Assembly (NCBI GenBank): GCA_030867685.1
Contig: JAQOWU010000008.1
Location: 186,001-250,000, forward strand
Source: Wickerhamiella versatilis
Taxonomy: Eukaryota
Length of the DNA stretch: 64,000 nucleotides
Direction of reading: 5' to 3'
This document shows, one piece after another, positions 43,659 through 52,830 of the stretch. A program made the translations under genes and the position numbers. The first letter of the stretch is position 1. Each line of letters starts with the position of its first letter. The notes under the pieces are model-generated. The model worked only from the letters and a program-made list of their open reading frames with translations, searched no databases and was not told the origin of the DNA.

Positions 43659-44564
43659 ATGCCGCAACAAGTGCCTGATTTTACGCTACAAAATGGGGTC
43701 AAAGTCCCCGCAATCGGTTTCGGAACAGGAACCAAATGGAAGAAAACAGGTGATGATCTAGATTGGAATGTTATAGATGCGATTGGAAGTGCTTATAAAA
43801 GTGGATTCCATCATTTTGATTCTGCGGAGGTCTATAATACTGAGAACGAATTAGGGGAGGCTATAAGTGATCTAGATCGGGGAAGCTTGTTTATAACTAC
43901 TAAATTGAGACCCCGATTAGGGACTGATATCAAGCCACATTTTTTGAGTTCACTAGAGCGACTCGGTGTTGACTACGTGGACCTCTATCTACTCCATGCC
44001 CCTTTTTTTGGGGTCGACGTAGTGAGTCAGTGGAAGGAACTTGAAAATTTATATGACGCAGGCCTTGTGAAATCGATTGGTGTCTCTAACCACCGAGTTT
44101 CTGACTTGCAAGCAATCCTAGAAGTTGCACGCATAAAGCCTGCAGTAAATGAAATTGAGTACCACCCGTATCTTCAAAACCAATCTCCTCACATAGTCGA
44201 ATTCTGTGAAAAGAATGGAATTCTTGTAACAGCTTACTCGCCGTTAACACCAATTACGAAGGCGAAAGGTAAAGGACCATTAGATCCGCTACTAGAGCGA
44301 CTTGCAGTAAAATATGAGAAAGAACAGGGACAAATTTTACTTCGCTGGATTTATGAGAATAATATTTTGCCTATTACCACCTCTTCAAAGATTGATAGAG
44401 ACTTGCAGGCGTTGGATATCTTTGGATTTGAGCTGGAACCTCCTGACCATGATGACATCACGGAGACAGGTTCTAAATTCCACTATCGCCAGGCTGACTG
44501 GGGTGTTGATTGGGGTGATGATGAAGATCCACTGAATACTCGTGGATGCTGTGGTATATCATAG
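43659..44564 (+). CDS. Yeast aldo-keto reductase (YDL124W / conjugated polyketone reductase-like)
   Basis: IGFGTGTKW, D.AEVY, DLYLLHAPF, IGVSN, EYHPYLQNQ, PITTSSK; ends in CCGIS. Confidence 0.9.
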   Translation: MPQQVPDFTLQNGVKVPAIGFGTGTKWKKTGDDLDWNVIDAIGSAYKSGFHHFDSAEVYNTENELGEAISDLDRGSLFITTKLRPRLGTDIKPHFLSSLERLGVDYVDLYLLHAPFFGVDVVSQWKELENLYDAGLVKSIGVSNHRVSDLQAILEVARIKPAVNEIEYHPYLQNQSPHIVEFCEKNGILVTAYSPLTPITKAKGKGPLDPLLERLAVKYEKEQGQILLRWIYENNILPITTSSKIDRDLQALDIFGFELEPPDHDDITETGSKFHYRQADWGVDWGDDEDPLNTRGCCGIS

Positions 44565-44747
44565 GGAAAAACATTCTTTTATCATTTGAGAACAGTATGC
44601 GACGGCGTCTTGGCGAGTGTAAAAATTTAGCTTTTAAATTACTTTAAATTGCAATATTTATGGTTTTTTTTGAGGCCCAAATGTTTCATTTATTCTTTTG
44701 GGAGAAAATACAAAAATGTATAAAGGCCAGTTGAGCCAAAGTGAGCA

Positions 44748-46222
44748 TTATGAAGGATCTCCCGTTAGGCCAACATTTACAAGTAGATACACCACAACCA
44801 CAGTAAGAAAAGCACATATACCAACGCCTAGTCCAATCATAAGCCAATTATTGGCATAACTGTAAGGCTTCGTAGTTTCTTGGGGTCCATCAATTTTGTC
44901 ATACTGCTCGACGTGTACGCACATGACCTTATCTTTTGAGGTGAGGTATACCAAGGGGCACGATAGAACTGGTAGTGTGATCGTAAGAATAACTTGGGAC
45001 CAATTTAGGGCTTTGCTAAGCCCGTTATCACCCATAGTAGCTGCCACAATTACACAAGGAATTAAAGCCAAACCTCTAGTGATAATGCGCCTTATCCATG
45101 GCTTAACTTTCCAATTCATGTAACCCTCATAAACAATTTGACCAGCTATTGTACAAATCACGCCGGCACTTTGACCACTGCATAATAATGCAACCATGAA
45201 AACAATCGCAGCTCCTTTAGAAAGAAAGTTTTTGAGAAGGTCGTACAAATTAAATAAGTCAGCATTTGCTGCTTCTGGCTTGCCATACATCGTGCCTGCT
45301 GCGATAATAAGTATAGCAGAGTTGACAAATAGCGCAACTGTAAACAATGCGGAAGCTAGATCTGCGATAGCATAAGGCATGGAATGATCGATCGAAAGGC
45401 GGCTGGGTCGATATTGTGCATGAATACCAGACTCTTGGGGGCCTTAGGATAGCCATCATGTTCATCCTGAGCTCTAATACGAGATATTACCCCAGAACTT
45501 CCAAGATAAAGGCTATGTGGCATGACAGTGGCACCCAGTATTCCGGCAGATAGAACAATTCCATCTCCATCAATAACTGATGAAGAAGGAACATATCCAA
45601 GAAATATATTACCTGGATTTACGCTGGGTATACGAGCGAGGAGTACACAAAATAAAACTATGAGAGAAAAAATCAAACCCATTGTCAGAAGTTCAAGTAT
45701 ACGGACCGCTTTCATTCCTCCCTCAGGTTTGTACGCGAGCATAACCAGAAGTACATCAGTAATAGTAATAAATACACCTCCTATAATGGGGATATGGAAC
45801 AGAACCTTTAGTGCTATAGCCGTGCCTATTACTTCAGCGATGTCTGTACACATGATTGCACTCTCAGCAAAAATATATATGACATAGCACATCCATTTCG
45901 GTAAATGTTCACGACAATTGTGGGCATAGTCCTTGCCTGTAGCGCTTCCAAGGCGTAATGAGATTAGCTGCAGATACAACGCTAGTAAAGTAGATAACAG
46001 GATGACAAAGAGAAGCTTATAACGTTTTTCAGCGCCTCCACTTACAGCTGTAGTGTAATTTCCTGGATCCATGTAGGCAATTGATACCATGAGCCCAGGT
46101 CCTAAGAACTTCACGAATTTCATGAATACATGAAGGACCGTGTTAGCAGAGTAGCCTCGACATCTGTCGCGTGCTACTTGACCGTTAAATGCCGCAATGG
46201 AGGCACTTTTGGAGGAGTCCAA
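44748..46222 (-). pseudogene. NRAMP (Smf1/Smf2-like) metal transporter, frameshifted
   Basis: GPGLMVSIAYMDPGN, GATVMPHSLYLGS and GQSAGVICTIAGQIV motifs split across two frames; the shift maps to a C5 run (G5 on + strand, 45437-45441). Confidence 0.75.
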
Positions 46223-46946
46223 CTCGAAAGAATTCTTGAAATAACCTCGGTCTACTCTCTTCTCTTCGAATACCTGTGAACTCCTTTTATTTGCGCTATC
46301 GGCACTCTCTATAGTAATACTCGATGTAGGATGACATTCGCCTCAGTCTCCCCGACTTTAGCAGGTTTCTGGTGCCGTTTGTACGCCATAAAACATCCTT
46401 TGAAATCTTGAAAAGTACATCTATGTGGCTGTTCAGTGTGCTGGTATTGTGTCGCTATAGATGCTTCATCCAAAGCACCTGTCATGACATTAAACTCTAT
46501 GTAGCCACTCTGACTTGATCCACCTAGAGGAAATGAAACTTAACTTAATTAAAATTTCTGACTCTGTGAAATTAATAATGCTTTTTTTTCACCTGAGACT
46601 GGTTGGACAAAATTATTGTCGAAATCAAAGCATAGCAATAGACCTTGGATTCCCTTCCTAGCAAAGAAGCAGCAGCCATACATAACTCAATAGACATGCA
46701 TTTTGAAAAACTTGCATTTTATTGACTCAATCCACTTAAAAAATGAACAATCGCACACCATAGAACTTTAACCAGATATTTTTTTATTGACCAGTGATCG
46801 TACTTAATTGAAAGAATATAAAGCTCAAATATAAAATCTCTCTATAGCATATCTGACGGCAAATCATAGAATTTCAAGTACTCGTTAGATATAAGTAACT
46901 ACAAAGAACTCTCGTATCAATGTAACTGCGTGACAAAAAAATTACC

Positions 46947-47837
46947 TTATGGGGCTGTGTAACCCCCATCAACCTGAATATCTGCACCGGTAGTATAAGA
47001 GGCAGCATCAGATGCCAAATATAAGTAGGCACCTGCTATTTCTTTGGGAAGTCCAATTCGCCCTATAGGTGTTAGGTTGCACCATTCTATTTTAAGGTCC
47101 TCTGGTGCATATTCGACCATATCAGTGAGGACATATCCTGGACTAACTGAATTTACTCGAGCAAATCCTGCCCATTCAACGGCCAAATTTTTCATCAAAT
47201 GACGAACAGCCGCTTTCGATACATTGTAGGCACCATGTCTCTGCGGGACATTCACTATGTAGGAAGACATGGACGCAGTGAAAATTAAAGACCCTCTTCC
47301 TCGCTCCTTAAAGTGCTTACCAACAGCGATAGCGCAATTATATACACCATTCACATTGACATCGAATATTTTCTGCCTGTCTTCTTTGGCTTGGTCAATC
47401 AATGGTGATTCTATATTGACGCCTGCATTGGCAACAAATATGTCGATCTTTCCAAAATCTTGAATTTGTTTAGCAATTGCGTTTTCAACAGCTTTCTCGT
47501 CAGTGACCTGAACCTTGTAAGCTCTTGCTGTCACACCATATTTCTCTATCAGGTGCTTGACTTTATCTTCTGGATTATGACTGTTATACCATACAGCAAT
47601 ATCAGCTCCTGCATGTGCGAATGCCTCGGCAATAGCATATCCAATACCACCAGATGACCCGCTGATCGAAGCTACTTTCCCCTTAAGACTAAACAAGTCT
47701 AGTACACCAACGTCATCATCCAACGTGTAGTCTGGTGACTTGCTGGGGTATTTAATGCCCGCATAGTTCTTACGACGGTGTGAAATCTCGACGTAGTCAT
47801 TACTACTGTTACTACAGTCGCTGGTATCTGAGACCAT
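46947..47837 (-). CDS. NADP-dependent short-chain reductase (Sou1 sorbose reductase / mannitol dehydrogenase / carbonyl reductase S1-like)
   Basis: VLDLFSLKGK, SGSSGGIG, WYNS, ANAG, TASMS..IVNVPQ, YNVSK, DGGYT. Confidence 0.9.
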   Translation of the reverse strand: MVSDTSDCSNSSNDYVEISHRRKNYAGIKYPSKSPDYTLDDDVGVLDLFSLKGKVASISGSSGGIGYAIAEAFAHAGADIAVWYNSHNPEDKVKHLIEKYGVTARAYKVQVTDEKAVENAIAKQIQDFGKIDIFVANAGVNIESPLIDQAKEDRQKIFDVNVNGVYNCAIAVGKHFKERGRGSLIFTASMSSYIVNVPQRHGAYNVSKAAVRHLMKNLAVEWAGFARVNSVSPGYVLTDMVEYAPEDLKIEWCNLTPIGRIGLPKEIAGAYLYLASDAASYTTGADIQVDGGYTAP

Positions 47838-48234
47838 CTTGGTGATAGCAGACTGATCTAGAGGGTTGCTCTAATTGCGGTATTTCTAAGCAATAGCACA
47901 GTTTGTAAATTGTGGAAGACATGATCTCTCCCTCACCTGTCTAAGTCTAAAGTTGGTGCGAATACAGACTATTTTAGTGTTTTCACATTTACACAGGGCG
48001 GCTGCCAAGGATATATAATTGGAATATCTCTAATCATGGCCTAAGGAATGTATCCCTAGCCCCTTTATGAATTGGATATTGAACACACATATATATCTCG
48101 GTTTTGCTCACTTACACTTCACTTAAGCTCAAGAAAAAAGCACAATGGCTGCCGCTTAATGCTTCCTTAGTGGAGTCCAAGATAGTATTTTAATAAGATA
48201 TTTGCTGAGTTGTATAAAAGCTATAGTCCGTATT

Positions 48235-48849
48235 CTAAGACTCAAGTACGACTGTTGGGTCTATATTGGGATTTACCTCCTCAGTGTCTTTCTCATTTCC
48301 ATCTTCAAACCGGCGCCAAGAATAGGCATTGACGGGCTGACTGCGGTTTACCCACAATGAGTAGTGTAAGTGGTCAGACCTTGGGTCACCTGTGTTAGGA
48401 TGTATTAGGACGGTTAACCCAAGACTGTTGAGCTGTAGCCAGGGAACTACAATTGGAAACAGGTCTGTAGTGAAGCCAAAATAGAACGATGGCGATACGT
48501 GAGGACCACGAGGTTCTGTATTCCAATCACCGAGCTCAACCGGAAAGCGCTCTATTACCCAGTGTCTTATGCGAGCCGCCTTTTTGTAATTGTCCTCATC
48601 AAAATAGATGTGCGCATGGTAGCTCTTGATAGCGGTATATGGGCGCGGATGATCAGGCAGGATTTCCTTATCTGGGCGTACAGGAAATGGCTGCTTCGTC
48701 TCCTGTGAGGCTGTATTGTTTCCCCACGGACTTTCGCTCGGCCCCTCAATAGGTGCCAGTACACCATCAACTGCTCGAACATGCGACGGCGTGATGATCG
48801 AGATATGAGAGTAAGGTTCTTTGTCCTCAGGTTTTTCACATCGTGACAT
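48235..48849 (-). CDS. DOPA 4,5-dioxygenase family protein (bacterial-type)
   Basis: SYHAHIYF, GPH, VPWLQLN..GL.VLIHPNT, DH...LW motifs; first ATG 48849. Confidence 0.85.
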   Translation of the reverse strand: MSRCEKPEDKEPYSHISIITPSHVRAVDGVLAPIEGPSESPWGNNTASQETKQPFPVRPDKEILPDHPRPYTAIKSYHAHIYFDEDNYKKAARIRHWVIERFPVELGDWNTEPRGPHVSPSFYFGFTTDLFPIVVPWLQLNSLGLTVLIHPNTGDPRSDHLHYSLWVNRSQPVNAYSWRRFEDGNEKDTEEVNPNIDPTVVLES

Positions 48850-49204
48850 TCTTCTAGCGAATTGCACGCAGAAATTTGCGTGATTTATCTTGATGTACTT
48901 ACAGCCTTGTACGTTTACGTGCTTAGTGAATACATCACGCCACAGGACAGTCACTAGGGGCTAGGGTCAGCTTGTACTACTGGCTAGCGCTAGCGAACCT
49001 ATGTTGTATGTAAAGGTCATACTCAAAACCTTTTTATATTCCTGTAGTGATAAATCAGCTAGTGTTTGCATAATTAAGTCTTATATTTATAGACATACTA
49101 TTTCTGATATTTTTCTCTTCTATTCGAGCCACGCAAGATGCCGAAAATATCAGATAAAACAAGTCAAAACATTTACTCAGGGTTATTTGTTATGAGCTTG
49201 TCGG

Positions 49205-50983
49205 TTAAACAACGATGCGGTCCTCCAAGGACTCCTTACGGTGACTAGCTGCACCCTCGCCTTCAGAAATCTGAGATGTCTCCTCCGATGTAATATTCTT
49301 CTCATGCACCTCCTCACCCAATTTTGGATATACAATGGCAAGCTTGGACCTCGCACGAATTGTTGGTCCATACAAGAAAAGAATATAGACAATAGACGTC
49401 AATATCAGTCCAACAAGCGAAAGAAGAAGGCCCGCGTATTGCTCACCCATGTTTATGAACATATAGGAAGCGAATAGTGGCGAGACAGCGCCAAGAGTAT
49501 TACGCATGAAACTCTGTGCCGCAGTAGCCGAGCCAGCGGAGTCACCATAGCAGTCAGCCGTATATGAATAACATGATTCGAAAATGAAGAAAATGCCAAA
49601 CCCAATGCACCCCAATCCAATACATGGTCCAATCCAATGCACCTTTTTATACAGAGTAAAACTGTAAATAAATAGACCAATAGGCAGGAAAATGCCGCCA
49701 AACAAGCAGCCGTAAAGACGCCCCTCAGGCGGCACATTACCTTGACCCATTTTCCTAACGAGCTGGTTATATTTGTTGATTTGGAACCCATTCACAAACA
49801 GTGCAAGCGTGCACCCAACAGCCAGGCCAATGTAAGGCAATCCTTGCAAACCTTCACTCCATCCGTGACCAACATAAGTGGTCTTAGGATCTGAAGGACC
49901 ATAGGTAATTGGGATGACGGAAAGGAACAGGAAAGTCAGGAACCAAGTGAAACTAATCCAGAATCCGAAGAAAAACACTACCGGCTCGGTTACCAGCATC
50001 TTAGCTGCCTTGACAGTAGATGAATGAAGCATTTCTTTCACGGTAGGAGCCTCAAGATCTTCACGTGCAACCCAACGATCATCTCCAGTGTCCTTACGGA
50101 GAGTCTTGGCTCTCTTCTGCAAGGTAACACCGCCGCGAGTCTCTGTCAATGTGAAGAGTACCAAAATGAGTAGAGGGACATTTGCCAAGCCCTGGATACC
50201 CTCAGTCCAGCGCCACCGGAGATGCGGGTTCTGGTCCACAAATCCCGCATAAATAGGTGCAGAAACCGTTCCGAAAATAGCGATCCACGACCACGTTGCC
50301 ATAGGCCACGCACGCTCATGAGGTACATATAGATCATCAAAAGTACCACCAACAAGAATGGTACCCACGCAACCAAAGAATCCAAGGAATGTGCGCATCA
50401 CAAGAAGAGTTGCGATATTCTTACCCAATGCAAGGCCTATAAAGCAGAGACAGAACCCCAAATAGCCACCGGTGTAGACGACACGGCGACCAGCAAGCTC
50501 ACAAAAGGGCGCCAAAAAGAGAGGTGCGATAGCGCAGGTCTGGTTAAAAGCAAACAGACCAAGATTGTACTTCTCTTTAGAAGCACCTGGCGTAGAGCCA
50601 CATCCATTCTTCAGTTTGCTATCCTCCGCTGTGCACGTACTAGCCTGCAGAGAACTGTAAACGGTTGTCGCCAGACCAATGAAAAGCGTGAGCAGGCAAA
50701 GCTCGGTAGAGATAAGTATCTTGCGAGCTTTATTCCAGTTGTACGGATTCTCGTGATCCCCGGGTCGGAAATCAAGAACCATGAACTCTTTACCATCCTG
50801 CGGCACCATGTGGGTGTACGTTAATGGCACATCTGCGTCGACCCTGGTAAGTGGACGCTCGCGAGCAATAGGACTATCGTCTTCTTCAGCGAGCTCTTGT
50901 AAGTACTTGCCACCACAGATCCGGCCCAACTTGTTCTCAAGATGGTTCCAGTCTAGGTCCGCAGTCGCATCAGCCTTCGGCAT
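49205..50983 (-). CDS. FFZ1: DHA1-family MFS transporter, Ffz1-like fructose facilitator
   Basis: ENPYNW, LLTLFIGLATT.YSS, APLFLAPFCEL.GRR, GTILVGGTFDD, PEGRL motifs as I recall them from Ffz proteins; 12 hydrophobic segments. Confidence 0.75.
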   Translation of the reverse strand: MPKADATADLDWNHLENKLGRICGGKYLQELAEEDDSPIARERPLTRVDADVPLTYTHMVPQDGKEFMVLDFRPGDHENPYNWNKARKILISTELCLLTLFIGLATTVYSSLQASTCTAEDSKLKNGCGSTPGASKEKYNLGLFAFNQTCAIAPLFLAPFCELAGRRVVYTGGYLGFCLCFIGLALGKNIATLLVMRTFLGFFGCVGTILVGGTFDDLYVPHERAWPMATWSWIAIFGTVSAPIYAGFVDQNPHLRWRWTEGIQGLANVPLLILVLFTLTETRGGVTLQKRAKTLRKDTGDDRWVAREDLEAPTVKEMLHSSTVKAAKMLVTEPVVFFFGFWISFTWFLTFLFLSVIPITYGPSDPKTTYVGHGWSEGLQGLPYIGLAVGCTLALFVNGFQINKYNQLVRKMGQGNVPPEGRLYGCLFGGIFLPIGLFIYSFTLYKKVHWIGPCIGLGCIGFGIFFIFESCYSYTADCYGDSAGSATAAQSFMRNTLGAVSPLFASYMFINMGEQYAGLLLSLVGLILTSIVYILFLYGPTIRARSKLAIVYPKLGEEVHEKNITSEETSQISEGEGAASHRKESLEDRIVV

Positions 50984-52601
50984 AGTGAATTATACAGAGT
51001 CAATTTTTTATCCTGATAGAGTAGTCCTGGGAGTTTTAATATGCCATCTCCGGATTATTTCCCTACAGCTGGGCAGCCGAGCATGCCCTAACCTGTTCGT
51101 ACCGAAGCGAAACCTGGGTGCAAGGAGCTGCTACCCGATCGTTCTTTAAATTTGGACAGGGTCAAACTATAGAAAATTATATTCTTTACGTTGGTCAAGC
51201 CGCTGCATACCCGTCAACCTTTTCCCAGTGTCTTGGTAGATCTCCCCTTAACCACTAAGAAAAAAACACGAGGGAATCCCTTACCCAGAGGGATTTATTC
51301 CCTTCTAACCGATGATCTTATTTTGTCGTATGGCGGATTCGACGATGCACAAGACCCTTGCATACGGATTTTTTTACTAATGCAAAGCACGAGGAACTCC
51401 ACAAATATTCCCCGCGTTCTTTTGCAGTGAGCTAGACATCCTAAGAATACCTGAGTTTACAAGTTTACCAACTAGGAAAACGTCACTTCTGTGACTAATA
51501 GCGTATCAAAAAATGTGGGCTTAAGCTGTGCGTATTGCCAAGGGGGGGGGCGAAGTCCATCCTGGTGACGTATGCACCGTTCATGATGCAGCAGAATTTT
51601 ATATTATCGCGTAAAGCGTTGAATCTATTCTAAGTTTGCTTACAAGAGCTCAATAGTGTGTGTTAGAAGCTTTCTGTTTCTCATAAACGTAATTTGCATA
51701 GACCCAGCTAGCTACGTAATCCGGAAATTCGAAGTGACAATTCCCCAATAGTGTTTTATCTGTACGCTTGTAACGAAAGATTGCAGTTGGGAGATCTAAC
51801 GGTTGGATGGTGAGAGTTCGCAACCGTGTGTGCTGTAGACTGACCCATCACAGGCTCGTAATGAATATATTCTTCGCATCTTTGTTAAACAGTACTACAT
51901 CAAAGAATAAACGTTTTATTATCATGCCATGATTGGCCTAGTGCAACAGTATTTCCATTAATATTCAAGTAACTTCCAAATTTGACGCATAGCACCAATC
52001 GATCGCAAACAATAGCATCTTCATAAAATCATTCTTCTCCCTTCGAAATTCGTTCTTGCATTCTAGTTTACATAAAAATCCGGCGATATATCTCCCAAAT
52101 AGGTATGCCGGTATAATACCGAAAGCATTACTTCTTTTCCTTGCTATTAGGATAATGTAATGCAAATGACGTCACAACAAGGTCCACTAATAACAAGGAT
52201 TAGTCTTGACGATGATTCTCGCAGTACCGTGTCACCTGAAGATTTTAGTATCTGCGGCCTCGAAATTTTCCGCTGCCTCTCTTCATAAGTGTACGCTTTA
52301 ATAGCACTACATCGCTCATTTCAAATACAATGTTTCACACAGTAAGTCAATCCACATATCACGATTACTAACCCGACATACGAGGACTTCGTCGTAAAGC
52401 GAGTTGAACAAAGCGATAAAAAAAAACTAAAACCTGCTCTCACTGCGCTTTTCAGTTTTCTATATTATAGAACCAGTGGCTTATAAGCATACTAAAGATC
52501 AAGAAATCGAAGTATCGAACGAGCCTGTCGGACTGTCAAAATTAAGACCGACCCTAGAACCTACCCCATTCCTGTAAATATAACATATGGGTTTGGGTGA
52601 T

Positions 52602-52632
52602 GATCCCCACTTTTTCAAATTATGCGGGGATC
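52602..52632. promoter_or_regulatory. Inverted pair of Mig1/CreA-type glucose-repression sites
   Basis: GATCCCCAC-tttttcaaattat-GCGGGGATC: two SYGGGG boxes sharing an AT-rich flank, about 200 bp upstream of the GH31 ATG. Confidence 0.5.
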
Positions 52633-52830
52633 TCTTGAAATGAAGTTATTCAGGTATATAGTACCATTTATTCCTGCTTAAGAGTCACCGCTATACGGTG
52701 AAGTCTTTTTAAGTTTGCGAAAACTATGTTATAGCAGCCAAATAATGCATAGTCCCAAACCCTGTTGGGACCCGGGAAAATCTTGCTGGCAGGGAAGTAT
52801 ATAAAGGCGCCAGAATATCAAATCTTTAGC

